64,000 bases of DNA from Candidatus Poribacteria bacterium (GCA_965222225.1 CBDCTK010000002.1:3744001-3808000), one strand, 5' to 3'. Shown: positions 29,463-39,617, counted from the stretch's first letter. Numbers and translations are program-made. Notes: a model not told the origin generated them from the sequence alone.

Positions 29463-29939
29463 TTGACGGCAATAAAGTGTTACACGGTTACCTTGGTTAG
29501 GATTGTATATAAGCCCCACAAATCGCGCGGATTAGTGTGCATTGAGCTTGGTCGGCCGGAAGAGGCTATCGACGACTTTAACAAGGCGCTACAGTTAAAT
29601 CCAGATGACGCCGAAACACTCGTCAGTCGTGGATGGGCTCAATTCTGCCAGGGCGAACATGACCACACCGTTCAAGATTATAGCACAGCGATGGAACTAA
29701 AGCACGGTTGGTCGAGATCCTATTGCAATCGCGCGCTCGCGTTTATGCATCTGCAAAAATGGCGCGACGCCAGGTCCGACCTCACAACAGCCAAGAACCT
29801 CGGTATGAACATTGTGGCGATGTCTCATGAACGATACCCCACCATCTCCCACCTAGAACAAGAGATCGGCGCAGCCGTACCCGAAGACATCGCTAACATG
29901 TTGGGGTACTCCCAATCGCCAGGTGAGACCTCCAACTAA
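29463..29939 (+). CDS. TPR protein, probably 5' truncated
   Basis: RGLVCIELGRPEEAIDDFNKALQLNPD and two more TPRs; no convincing start. Confidence 0.6.
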   Translation: MTAIKCYTVTLVRIVYKPHKSRGLVCIELGRPEEAIDDFNKALQLNPDDAETLVSRGWAQFCQGEHDHTVQDYSTAMELKHGWSRSYCNRALAFMHLQKWRDARSDLTTAKNLGMNIVAMSHERYPTISHLEQEIGAAVPEDIANMLGYSQSPGETSN

Positions 29940-29942
29940 TCC

Positions 29943-30164
29943 GATCAACCGAGTGGATAATGAGCGATCAACTGAACGAATAGTGAAGGCGATAGAAAGT
30001 CCTGATAGAGATCCCTTAATCAGCGATTCAGACAATCTCCTTACCTCCCCATTTACCCCTCCCTACCCCCTGACCATCAAGCAAGCGGATAGCGATCAAC
30101 CGACTGAATAAGGAGGGATCAAGTGAGTGAATAGCGAACGCGATAGAACTCCCATGGAGATCCC
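29943..30164 (+). repeat. Nested GA-hairpin clusters (about five units)
   Basis: Units at 29943/29966 and 30076/30094/30117. Confidence 0.85.
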
Positions 30165-30223
30165 ATTCGGACAATCTCCCTCCACTTCCCACGCTCACCC
30201 CAATGTTAAAAACATATTAACAC

Positions 30224-30252
30224 TTGACAAATCCGCCCTAACATGATATAAT
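30224..30252 (+). promoter_or_regulatory. Perfect consensus sigma70 promoter with extended -10
   Basis: TTGACA (30224-29), 17 nt, TG-n-TATAAT (30247-52). Confidence 0.85.
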
Positions 30253-30400
30253 GTGCCACAGTTGCTCTTCGCAAGCATTGGCCCAAACAAGCGACGGAGC
30301 ACGACGAGCAAGCGAGCGGATAGTGAGTGCGATAGTTGATCTCTCGGGATAGTAAATCCCCCAAACACGAACCGCGCTGAACTAAATATCACAATTTTCC

Positions 30401-30461
30401 AGCCCAATGGAGGCTTTCTTTGATGTCTATCAACAGAAAGCCTCCATTGGGCTTTTTTTTT
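30401..30461 (+). terminator. Strong intrinsic terminator
   Basis: 19-bp perfect stem AGCCCAATGGAGGCTTTCT/AGAAAGCCTCCATTGGGCT followed by a T run. Confidence 0.85.
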
Positions 30462-30577
30462 GGTAGTCGTGGCTGGCCGTAAAACTCCGGTGGTTAGTGA
30501 TCAGTAGCGCCAAGAGAATATCTTGGTTCTTACTGGACACTAGCCACTGCCCACTGCTTTATATGGAGAGTTAGAAT

Positions 30578-31108
30578 ATGTGCGAAACAAACGAAACACT
30601 CAAAATCTCACACGAAGACCACCTAGATGGAATAGTGAACCGCGTCTACGAAAGCTGGGGGACCTCGCAGATTGTTGATTCCTGGATGGAGAAATATCCC
30701 CGGTGGGCGCATCTTGGTCGCAAGATATTTCGAGATGCCGCACGCGTTTCTAATCCTCGGTCTAACAAATTTTCAACCGAATACCGCAAAATATATGAGC
30801 GCACATTAGCGCACTATCGTGAAGAACGCCGCGCACTACTCGAAGCCACGGCTGTCAAGGCTTCAAGCGCAATTTCGGAGATTGTTGAAAGTGTGCGCTC
30901 AAACGTTCCCAACGTCCCTATTGAAAACGCCCACGACCTGCTTCATCTCTCGCGCGTAATCAATCCCCTTAAGGACATCGTGCTCAAGGCCTCACAAGAG
31001 ATAGATCATGACCATAGTAACTCCCATGCCCGTAATACTAACCGAGATGCAGTCGATCGGCTGCTCCGCTACAAAGACTTGGCTGACGAACTCACGGAAG
31101 ATGAATGA
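30578..31108 (+). CDS. Hypothetical helical protein, positional terminase small-subunit candidate
   Basis: GGAG SD; stop overlaps the TerL start (ATGAATGA). Confidence 0.55.
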   Translation: MCETNETLKISHEDHLDGIVNRVYESWGTSQIVDSWMEKYPRWAHLGRKIFRDAARVSNPRSNKFSTEYRKIYERTLAHYREERRALLEATAVKASSAISEIVESVRSNVPNVPIENAHDLLHLSRVINPLKDIVLKASQEIDHDHSNSHARNTNRDAVDRLLRYKDLADELTEDE

Positions 31109-32804
31109 TGATGAAGCGTTCTGCCAACTCAGAGCCCATGCCGGCTACGTCTACCCCGATCTCTTTGTCGATTACTACATCAGAAACACCAGCTACCAAC
31201 TGCTCGCGCTCAAAGATTTCCACATCGAAATCCTCAACGCCATCAAACCAGGCGTGTACGGTAAGCAAATAAACGTCCAAGCACCGCGCGGCACCGGCAA
31301 GACGACCCTCGTTAACGGTCTAATCCCTCTTTGGAGGATCTGCTACAAACACTTCGATCTCGCCATGGACAGGCAACCCGAAGAATTCATCCTCATTGTC
31401 AGTCGCAACGAACCCATGGCGTGCCAACGCATAACCGAAATCCGCCAAGTCCTTGAACGCAATCCCCTCATCCGCCAAGATTTTGGCGACTTGGTCGGCG
31501 ATGTGTGGGCGAAAAAAGAGACCGACACCAAGAACGGAATCGCGCTCCGTCCGTTGGGTCGCGGTTCGTCACCTCGTGGTGCGCTGATTGGCGATGTTCG
31601 ACCGACGCTGAAACTGTGCGACGACATTGAAGACCCAAAACGCTGCCTCAATCCCAACCTCCGAGAAGAAGACAGGGACTGGTTCATGACCGACTTCATG
31701 TACGCCGGCGACCTCGGCAGCAAACACTCCAACACCATCATCGTCGATACCGTAAAACACCCCGAATCCCTTTCCGAACACCTCCGCGCCCTCCCCGGTT
31801 GGCGGACGCTGCGCTACCAAGCCGTCCGTTATCCCAAAGACATCTACCACCCCACCGCCGAACGCCTCTGGAAACAGTGGGAACGCGTCTACAGCGACAC
31901 CACCCTCAACGACGACGAACGCGAAGAGAACGCGAATGCGTTCTACGCGAAACATCAAGATGAGATGTCCGGCGGCGTGAAGATGTTGTGGCCGGAAAAA
32001 CTGTCGTACATCCACGTTCGCAAAGAGATTCTCGAACGCGGCTATCACCGCGTCATGCGCGAACTCCAAAACGACGCGCGCGACCCCGCGATGTCGCTCT
32101 TCAAGATGAATCAGGCCGTCACCTTCTCCGTCATCGAGGAAGGCTTTCGCCGCAGCGACGGGCATGTGGTTCCGTGGCACGATATTGGCGGATTCACCAC
32201 CTACCTCGACACCATGGGCGGACGCGATGCGCTTGCCAATAGCTACGCCTGCGCTGTCGTCGTTTGGGAGCCGCTGCCCGGCGGCGGATCCATGAACCCC
32301 GACTCACTCTCCGGCGTGAACGGATATATCCTGTCGGCGTGGATGGATCGCGTCGCATTGACCGAGCAGATGGAGAACGCCATCCTCCTCGCACAGCGCG
32401 CCGAGGCGATGTTGGCGCCCGCGTATCCCAAATCCCACTTCGTTTGCGAACAGCGGCCTGACAAAGACGGCACCATCAAGATGTCAACCGACCACGCCTT
32501 CCGTACGATGAAAGAGCGCTACCGCTTTGAACGCAGAATCATGTATCACAAACAGCACCAGAACAAAGAAGATCGAATCGGTACGCTTGAACCCGCGATA
32601 GCCAATGGATGGCTCGCGCTCAACGAGCAGGACTTGCCCGGCGAGTTCTGGACGCAGTTCAGGCAATTCCCCTCCGCCGATCACAACGACGCGCCCGACG
32701 CCGTGCAAGGCGCTTGCCGCTCTCGCATCACGACCACCGCGCAGCAGCGGGTAAACTTGTCCGCCGCCCGCAAATTCCACCGCAACCTCGTCGTGAGACT
32801 GTAA
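31101..32804 (+). CDS. Phage terminase large subunit
   Basis: Walker A APRGTGKTT, RGA...RPTLKLCDDIED Walker B, LWPE, RELQND, nuclease YLD and HNDAPDA. Confidence 0.85.
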   Translation: MNDDEAFCQLRAHAGYVYPDLFVDYYIRNTSYQLLALKDFHIEILNAIKPGVYGKQINVQAPRGTGKTTLVNGLIPLWRICYKHFDLAMDRQPEEFILIVSRNEPMACQRITEIRQVLERNPLIRQDFGDLVGDVWAKKETDTKNGIALRPLGRGSSPRGALIGDVRPTLKLCDDIEDPKRCLNPNLREEDRDWFMTDFMYAGDLGSKHSNTIIVDTVKHPESLSEHLRALPGWRTLRYQAVRYPKDIYHPTAERLWKQWERVYSDTTLNDDEREENANAFYAKHQDEMSGGVKMLWPEKLSYIHVRKEILERGYHRVMRELQNDARDPAMSLFKMNQAVTFSVIEEGFRRSDGHVVPWHDIGGFTTYLDTMGGRDALANSYACAVVVWEPLPGGGSMNPDSLSGVNGYILSAWMDRVALTEQMENAILLAQRAEAMLAPAYPKSHFVCEQRPDKDGTIKMSTDHAFRTMKERYRFERRIMYHKQHQNKEDRIGTLEPAIANGWLALNEQDLPGEFWTQFRQFPSADHNDAPDAVQGACRSRITTTAQQRVNLSAARKFHRNLVVRL

Positions 32805-32828
32805 CGGCTACTACCCGATGTGGGAGGA

Positions 32829-33535
32829 GATCAAACGAGTGAATAGCGAGTGATCAAAGGAATGAATAATGACTGCGATAGTCAATCCTGATAGAAATTC
32901 TTTTATCTTGCCCCGATTAACCAAGCAGCCGTCAACTGACTGGACAAGGAAGGCGATTGTTGTAGGGTGCGCACTGCGCACCAGCCTTTTGTTTCTGTCG
33001 TATGATAGCACATTCCTTGCAACAGAAATCCCCGCCAACGCTTCAACCGATTTATAGTCGGGTCATCTTGCCCCGATTAACAGAGGTGCATTTAACCGAG
33101 ACTATGTGTAGGAGCGATCTCCAGGTCGCGATTCCATAAACCCAAACGTTGTAGGAACGTTCAACTGACTGAACAAGGAAGGATCAAGCGAGTGGATAAC
33201 GAGCGCGATAGAGCCCAAGGCGATAGCTGATCCCGATAGAGATCCTGCACCAGCCCTTGGTTTCTGTCGTACGATAGCAAATCCTGATAGTGAATCCCGA
33301 TACAAAATCCCGTGCGATCAAGCGACTGGATAAGGAGCGATCAACTGAGCGAATAGTGAAGGCGATAGAAACTCAGGATAGAAATTCCTCACGCGACACG
33401 TATCAGGGGATCAAAGGAATGGACAATGGCTGCGATAGAGATCCCTTAATCCGCGATTCAGACAATGCGATAGAGTCCTTATAGACGTCTTCTACCGGTC
33501 ACCGCTTCCTGTCGCGAGCAGCGCTCGCTTCTACA
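32829..33535 (+). repeat. Large REP/GA-hairpin mosaic at right island border
   Basis: About eight units, an uninterrupted REP at 32962-32986, and REP heads at 33107 and 33150. Confidence 0.85.
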
Positions 33536-33598
33536 ACTCTGTCTCGCGTCGCGAGAAATCAACTGTGTGTTGCGTCTTGCTCAAACGCATATTTTTTG

Positions 33599-33687
33599 TT
33601 GCAAACAATATAGATCTGATATATAATTTAACCTGCTTCAATTTGCAAACGGCTTCTCAATATCCGATTTTGTGAAGTTTTTCACAA
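33599..33687 (+). promoter_or_regulatory. nuo promoter plus Rex-type operator
   Basis: TTGCAA-17-TATAAT (33599-33627); TTGTGAA-GTTT-TTCACAA (33670-33687) matches the Rex consensus. Confidence 0.75.
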
Positions 33688-33711
33688 TCACTTGGAAAGA
33701 TAGCAGGGACA

Positions 33712-34116
33712 ATGTTTTTTAACTTCGCAAATGTACTGATTTTCCTTATCGTCGGTTCCGTTTTCGTGGCGCTGAACCTCGCCGTGTCTCGCCTGCTTCA
33801 AACGAAACTTTTCATGGAGGAGAAATTTATCCCGTATGAGTGTGGAGAGGATCCGATTGGCGATACGCGCATCAAGTTCAATACCCGCTTCTATGTCATT
33901 GCCCTCATTTTTTTGATTTTCGACGTTGAGGTGGTATTCCTGTTTCCGTGGGCGGTTGTTTTCCGCGGAATCGGTCTGCTTGCGTTTGTCGAGATGTTAA
34001 TCTTCATCGCCGTGCTGCTGGTTGGACTCGCCTACGTTTGGGCGAAGGGGGATCTTGAATGGATTCGTTCGATTCAGCAGGAGATTCAGGAAAAGCGTGA
34101 AGAAACTGAAGCCTAG
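33712..34116 (+). CDS. nuoA: NADH-quinone oxidoreductase subunit A
   Basis: [28 protein letters not shown]. Confidence 0.97.
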   Translation: MFFNFANVLIFLIVGSVFVALNLAVSRLLQTKLFMEEKFIPYECGEDPIGDTRIKFNTRFYVIALIFLIFDVEVVFLFPWAVVFRGIGLLAFVEMLIFIAVLLVGLAYVWAKGDLEWIRSIQQEIQEKREETEA

Positions 34117-34139
34117 CCGGGCGCGGAGGACGATTCGCT

Positions 34140-34730
34140 ATGATTTTTGATGAGAAACTTGACAAAAACATTTTCGTCACATCTGTGGACGCCGTTGCGA
34201 ATTGGGCGCGGGCTTCCTCATTGTGGCCCATGACCTTCGGACTGGCATGTTGCGCGATTGAGTTTATGGCAACGGCGGCTTCCAACTATGACCTGGATCG
34301 GTTTGGGGCGGGCGTCCCGCGTGCGACTCCACGGCAATCGGATCTGTTGGTGATTTCCGGCACCGTCACCCTGAAGATGGCAACGCGAATTAAGCGGCTC
34401 TACGAACAGATGCCCGAACCCAAATACGTAATCTCGATGGGGAGTTGCGCCACGAGTGGCGGTCCCTACTGGCAGCACGGTTATCATGTGCTCAAGGGCG
34501 TCGATAGAATTATCCCTGTTGATGTCTATGTGCCCGGTTGTCCTCCTCGTCCCGAAGCCTTGATCGAAGGCTTGCTGAAGCTCCAGGAGAAGATTAAAAC
34601 ACAAACCGTCGCCAAGCGGTCGTACATTCCGTTCCTGCGAAGGCTCTATACCAAAACCGATCTTGAGGATCAAGAGATTGCGGCAGCGGTGGAGGAAGGC
34701 GCCGAGGAGAAGGAAGAAGCGACTAGCTGA
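34140..34730 (+). CDS. nuoB: NADH-quinone oxidoreductase subunit B
   Basis: [23 protein letters not shown]. Confidence 0.97.
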   Translation: MIFDEKLDKNIFVTSVDAVANWARASSLWPMTFGLACCAIEFMATAASNYDLDRFGAGVPRATPRQSDLLVISGTVTLKMATRIKRLYEQMPEPKYVISMGSCATSGGPYWQHGYHVLKGVDRIIPVDVYVPGCPPRPEALIEGLLKLQEKIKTQTVAKRSYIPFLRRLYTKTDLEDQEIAAAVEEGAEEKEEATS

Positions 34731-34809
34731 CAAACACCCCGAATGAAGCGCGAAAGGAGAGTTGCAACGCAATAGGTTGGTTTCCAGTTCCAAATGCGTT
34801 GATTTATCT

Positions 34810-35292
34810 GTGACATCGGAAGAAATTTACACAAAACTCAAAGGGGTGTTTGGAGACTCTGTCCTGTCCATTCAGGAGGTCGTTCTAGATTCGTTTATCC
34901 TCATCGCACCCGAGGCAATCGCCGAGATTGCCCGTTTTCTCGCCGAAGATAGCGAGTTGGCGTTCGATTCGTTGATGTGCTTAAGCGGGGTTGACTTGAG
35001 CATTAAAGAATCGAACCTTGAAATCGTCTACCATCTCTTCTCAATGACCCACCGTCACACAATCGTCCTTAAAGTTAACCTACCCAAGGAAGATCCGCAC
35101 ATTCCCTCCGTCGAAGATATCTGGAAGACAGCAAATTGGCACGAGCGGGAAGCGTACGATCTCTACGGAATAACCTTTGAAGGACACAGTGATCTGCGGC
35201 GAATCCTGATGCCGGAGGACTGGGAGGGGCACCCGTTACGCAAGGATTACAAGGATCCCGAATTCTATCGGGGGATGCGCGTGCCGTATTGA
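34810..35292 (+). CDS. nuoC: NADH-quinone oxidoreductase subunit C
   Basis: ANWHEREAYDLYGITFEGH, GHPLRKDY; GTG start assumed. Confidence 0.93.
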   Translation: MTSEEIYTKLKGVFGDSVLSIQEVVLDSFILIAPEAIAEIARFLAEDSELAFDSLMCLSGVDLSIKESNLEIVYHLFSMTHRHTIVLKVNLPKEDPHIPSVEDIWKTANWHEREAYDLYGITFEGHSDLRRILMPEDWEGHPLRKDYKDPEFYRGMRVPY

Positions 35293-35322
35293 TGAATGAG
35301 GATTGCTGTTGCGACTCCTATT

Positions 35323-35384
35323 GTAGGGTGGGATCAAGGGAGCGAATAGCGAATAGCGACTGCGATAGAGATCCACCGCCCACC
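35323..35384 (+). repeat. REP interrupted by a GA-hairpin unit
   Basis: GTAGGGTGG[unit]CACCGCCCACC versus the uninterrupted form at 1512. Confidence 0.85.
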
Positions 35385-35619
35385 ATTCCTTATTGAAGAG
35401 GTAAACCACCACTATTTGGGAACGTTTTGTGATATTGACTGCTGGTTCGTCAATACCTTAGGAAGAAATTATAGGCTTGCCGACGGATTAACTAATCGGG
35501 AATCACCAACACGAAATAGTTGTGTTTTTTCCTCAATGAATCGCCGAGCTACGAAGCCAAGAGGCCTCAACCGCCAAAGTCGCAATGTTATTATTCCTTG
35601 TTTCCGAAAGGAGAATATC

Positions 35620-37314
35620 ATGGTGCGCAAAACATCATTAATCGCTATTTTACTATGCCTAACCCTTCTTCTGCTGGGAAGAACCGCCGTGGCCAACATC
35701 CTTACGACCGAAGAGATTGCCGAGAAGGCGCTAAGTGCGACAGTTCTGCTAACGATGAGAGATGCGGACGATAGAGTAATCGGATATGGGAGCGGATTCT
35801 TTGTTTTACCGAATGTTATTGCAACCAACTTTCACGTGATTGAAGGTACACACCGAGGCACCGCCCGTCGCGTTGCTCAAAACAAATCGTATACCCTCAA
35901 ACAGCTTCTTAAGAGCGATGAAAAACAAGATTTGGCGCTGTTCGAAGTATCAGCTCCGGATGTCGAACCGCTTCCCATCGGCGACAGCGGTAGTAGGTCG
36001 TTACGAATCGGCGCGACAGTTTATGTTGCCGGTAATCCGCTGGGTTACTGGTGGGGGACCTTCTCCGAGGGTATTGTTAGCGCCCGTCGAAGTTGGGATG
36101 ATGGAGTGGAGAGGTTACAGATGACAGCTCCGATTTCGCCCGGAAACAGTGGCGGCCCCGTACTTAATAACAGAGGCGAAGTAATAGGTGTTTCCGTCGC
36201 ATCAAGTTCAGATGACAGGGCTCAAAATATCAACTTCGCCGTTCCATCTAGCGAACTCAAGAAACTCGTCGCAGAATTGAATCCCCCGACTGTGAGCCTT
36301 GTTCTCCCTCGGCGATCGAATTGGAATATTGGCGACACAGTTGATGTTTCTCTTAAAATCGACAACGGGACGGACATTGCAGGTTTTCAGGTAACCGTAG
36401 GATTTGATGGTTCCGTTCTTAAATATGTGGAGGCTTTGAAGGGTGATTACATCCTCAGAGGGGATGAGTTCGCACGTAAAATAGACGGCGAAAATCAGGT
36501 GACATTGGCGGCAACGGGCTTCCCCCAGGTAATGGATGACGATGGCGTACTTGCTGTAATTAAGTTTGAAGTTACTGCTTTCAAGCCTTATGGATGGGTA
36601 CTATCCGACCTAATTCTGTCCCGAGCGATTCTCGTGAATCCAGATGGAGGTCGTTCATATCCTCTTGTATCTCATGCGAAGGTATGGGCGCGCCCACTGG
36701 GATTCCAAGAAGATGTAAACGGTGATGGTGATGTAAATATTCTGGATTTACGATCTGTTTTCACCAATTTTGGGGTCCGGGGGAGGAATCATGCGGATGT
36801 CAATAAAGATGGTGTCGTTGATGTCGTTGATTTGGTAAGGGTTGCCTCTGCCATACACACTCCTCTGGGAGCTCCTCCATTCGCTCAAGAAGTTCTTGCG
36901 GGATTCACTGCCACAGAGCTGAAGCAATGGTTGACACAAGCCTCGCAGCTCGGTCTGACGGATCCCACTTCGCTGAAAGGCATTTTCGTTTTGGAGCAAC
37001 TCCTCAAAACATTCGTCCCGAAAGAGACGGCGCTGTTACCCAATTTTCCAAATCCCTTCAATCCGGAGACATGGATTCCGTACCACCTCGCCAGTGCCTC
37101 CGACGTGCAGATTGCGGTATACAACACAAACGGCGCGATGGTACGTCAATGGGACTTGGGACATCGAGAAGCTGGATTCTACACCGATAGAAGCAACGCC
37201 GTATACTGGGACGGACGTAATCGACACGGCCAGTTTATCGCAAGCGGCGTTTATTTTTACTCGTTAACTGCCGGTGATTTTACGGCTACCAGGAAAATGA
37301 TAATCGGAAAGTAA
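35620..37314 (+). CDS. Secreted trypsin-like serine protease with cohesin, dockerin and FlgD/T9SS-like C-terminal domains
   Basis: Signal peptide, TNFHV / DLAL / PGNSGGP triad, cohesin-like beta domain, DVNGDGDVNILDL + DVNKDGVVDVVDL, LLPNFPNPFNPETWIPY...ASGVYFY. Confidence 0.85.
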   Translation: MVRKTSLIAILLCLTLLLLGRTAVANILTTEEIAEKALSATVLLTMRDADDRVIGYGSGFFVLPNVIATNFHVIEGTHRGTARRVAQNKSYTLKQLLKSDEKQDLALFEVSAPDVEPLPIGDSGSRSLRIGATVYVAGNPLGYWWGTFSEGIVSARRSWDDGVERLQMTAPISPGNSGGPVLNNRGEVIGVSVASSSDDRAQNINFAVPSSELKKLVAELNPPTVSLVLPRRSNWNIGDTVDVSLKIDNGTDIAGFQVTVGFDGSVLKYVEALKGDYILRGDEFARKIDGENQVTLAATGFPQVMDDDGVLAVIKFEVTAFKPYGWVLSDLILSRAILVNPDGGRSYPLVSHAKVWARPLGFQEDVNGDGDVNILDLRSVFTNFGVRGRNHADVNKDGVVDVVDLVRVASAIHTPLGAPPFAQEVLAGFTATELKQWLTQASQLGLTDPTSLKGIFVLEQLLKTFVPKETALLPNFPNPFNPETWIPYHLASASDVQIAVYNTNGAMVRQWDLGHREAGFYTDRSNAVYWDGRNRHGQFIASGVYFYSLTAGDFTATRKMIIGK

Positions 37315-37449
37315 CTTGGACTGCAAGACAGGCACAGACCGGGGTAATCGCACCAGACTCCAAACCCGAGCTTGGATAAGTGGTGCTTTCAAATCATTAC
37401 ACTGTTGACGAAACGCTAATATTGAGAAACACAATCGAGCGGATTTATT

Positions 37450-37483
37450 ATGGCAGCGCCACAACTTGAAAGCAAATTCATAG
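37450..37483 (+). repeat. 34-bp exact copy of the nuoD 5' end
   Basis: ATGGCAGCGCCACAACTTGAAAGCAAATTCATAG also at 39649-39682. Confidence 0.95.
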
Positions 37484-37490
37484 TACAATT

Positions 37491-37599
37491 GTAGGGTGGG
37501 ATCAAGGGAGATCAAGCGACTGAATAAGGAGCGATCAACTGACTGGTTAAGGAAGGCGATAGTAGATCCTGATAGAAGATCCCGTGCGATAGAGATCCC
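37491..37599 (+). repeat. REP head plus triple-nested GA-hairpin units
   Basis: Three GATCAA heads followed by three GATAG tails. Confidence 0.85.
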
Positions 37600-37760
37600 G
37601 TGAAGGATGATGAGTATGAGGCATGGTTGAGCCTATCAATTCGGGGCTTGGGAGAAGCGTACGGGAAGGATGAACCGGAGTATTCTACCAACCTTATTAA
37701 AGAGGTAAACCCTCAGTATGAGGGAAGGTAATGTCATCTAGACCCCAGTTCTCTCAGATT
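37600..37760 (+). pseudogene. Toxin-antitoxin relic (short antitoxin-like ORF plus truncated PemK/MazF-like start)
   Basis: DDEYEAWLSLSIRGLGEAYGKDEPEY...NPQYEGR* overlapped by MREGNVI*TP. Confidence 0.5.
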
Positions 37761-37796
37761 AGTTGAGTTAGAAAGCGGTTAAACAAGACAGAAGAT

Positions 37797-39617
37797 ATGG
37801 ATGCAAATATAGTTAATCTACAGAAACTATTCCATCAACAGGTCTCCTATCGAATTCCCCAATTCCAGAGGCCCTACGCATGGAAAGAAGAGGTCCAATG
37901 GAAACCCCTTTGGGCTGACATACTTAGTCTTGCTGCACGCGTTCTCAACAGGGAAGAGGACGACAGAATACTCCCGCACTTCATGGGAGCTATCGTACTT
38001 CAACAACAGAGAAGCAATACAGGTGAAGTAACTAAAAGACTCGTAGTTGATGGGCAACAGCGACTCACTACCTTGCAACTTCTTATAAAGGCAACAGAAC
38101 AGGTATTTGAAATTCAACAGGATCCGGTAAGAGCCTCCCGATTGCGCGCACTAATAATTAATCAGAACAGCCATTGGGGCGCCGGTGGCGGTGACAACAA
38201 GACCAAAATCAAGCAGTCCAACTTCAACGATCAGAAAGCATTTCACGAAGCTATCGCGGCACCTCATATTGGTGATGAGAACCAATCGTGGGCACTTAAT
38301 GCTTTAAGTTACTTCAAAGAAGAACTGAGCAACTGGCTAAACTACGCCCCGGAAAGCATGAACGGCCGAGCCGATGCGTTCGAAGAAGCGCTGACTCAGC
38401 ATCTAAAAATAGCGGTAATTGACTTGGACGAAGACGAAAAACCTCACGTCATTTTTGAGACTCTGAACGCTAGGGGTGAACCGCTAAAGCAATCAGACCT
38501 TATTAAAAACATAGTTATGTACGAGGCAAATGTCATAGATGATGACGAGCAAGCGAAAAAACTTTGGGGCTTCTTTGACCACGAATGGTGGCAACAAGAT
38601 AGCAAGGAAAGTAGATCATCACCCACAATCCACATCGACAGATTCCTTCGCTACTGGATGGTCATGCGGTCGTTGAAAGATGTTACCGCAAATAGAGTCG
38701 CGTCGGAGTTCAGAAACTACTTAGGAGCCACACAATCATCCATTAAGACTGTTACCTCAGATATCCAAATGGCTGGAGCATGCTACGTGCTAATAGAAGG
38801 AAATTTTCGAGGTTTCCGAAAAAATCCAGAAAGGGAGATTTTCTTCAAACGACTGAAAACCATTGAATTAGGCGTAGTTACCCCTGTGCTTTTATGGCTA
38901 TTCACATCCAAGGTACCGGACGAGCGACAGCAGCGCTGCATTGAGATACTGGAAAGCTACGGGGTGAGGCGGAAACTCTGCGGCTTGCAGACCCAAGGCC
39001 TGAATAAGGTTTTTATCGGTTTACTTCAGGTGCTTGACAGTGAGGGGCCGGATTGCGCCGACATGACTGTTTTACGCTTCTTGAGACGTCAGCACGCTGA
39101 TAGCAGTATATGGCCCAATGATCGTATGCTGCGCGAATATCTTACTACCAGTCAAATGAAGGGTAATTCTCCTTGGAAGAAGATGGTACTAGAAGCCATT
39201 GAAGTACACTTGCGAAGTGATAGATCTGAGCAGCTCGGGTCAACCAGTAATTTAGAGATTGAACATGTTATGCCACAGACGTGGCAGACGGAGCACTGGC
39301 CGCTGTGGCCTGAAAATTCAAATCAAGATGAAGCTGAAAGCGCCAGAGACGAAGCTATACAAAAAATCGGAAATCTAACTCTGACGTCTGAAAAATTAAA
39401 TAAAATCCTAAGGAACGGCCCATGGCATGAAAAACGGCTAACGCTGGCTAATCATAGCAGTCTGTTTCTTAACAAGACATTACTTGATGATGCCCCCGGT
39501 GTTTGGGATGAAGCAGCCATTCAAAGACGCTGTCAATGGATAACTGAAAAAATCTTGCAGATTTGGCCCTCTGCTGAAGAGTTCGCCGAATCAGCCGCAC
39601 AATCTTCACAAATCTAA
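37797..39617 (+). CDS. GmrSD-family (DUF262 + DUF1524/HNH) modification-dependent nuclease
   Basis: IPQFQRPYAW, VDGQQRLTT, IFETLNARG, IEHVMPQ, IGNLTL. Confidence 0.92.
   Translation: MDANIVNLQKLFHQQVSYRIPQFQRPYAWKEEVQWKPLWADILSLAARVLNREEDDRILPHFMGAIVLQQQRSNTGEVTKRLVVDGQQRLTTLQLLIKATEQVFEIQQDPVRASRLRALIINQNSHWGAGGGDNKTKIKQSNFNDQKAFHEAIAAPHIGDENQSWALNALSYFKEELSNWLNYAPESMNGRADAFEEALTQHLKIAVIDLDEDEKPHVIFETLNARGEPLKQSDLIKNIVMYEANVIDDDEQAKKLWGFFDHEWWQQDSKESRSSPTIHIDRFLRYWMVMRSLKDVTANRVASEFRNYLGATQSSIKTVTSDIQMAGACYVLIEGNFRGFRKNPEREIFFKRLKTIELGVVTPVLLWLFTSKVPDERQQRCIEILESYGVRRKLCGLQTQGLNKVFIGLLQVLDSEGPDCADMTVLRFLRRQHADSSIWPNDRMLREYLTTSQMKGNSPWKKMVLEAIEVHLRSDRSEQLGSTSNLEIEHVMPQTWQTEHWPLWPENSNQDEAESARDEAIQKIGNLTLTSEKLNKILRNGPWHEKRLTLANHSSLFLNKTLLDDAPGVWDEAAIQRRCQWITEKILQIWPSAEEFAESAAQSSQI

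Noticed and set aside
16600-32804. Island as an intact prophage
   Set aside because: Only the terminase (and possibly the HD protein) is phage-like; no integrase, structural or lysis genes
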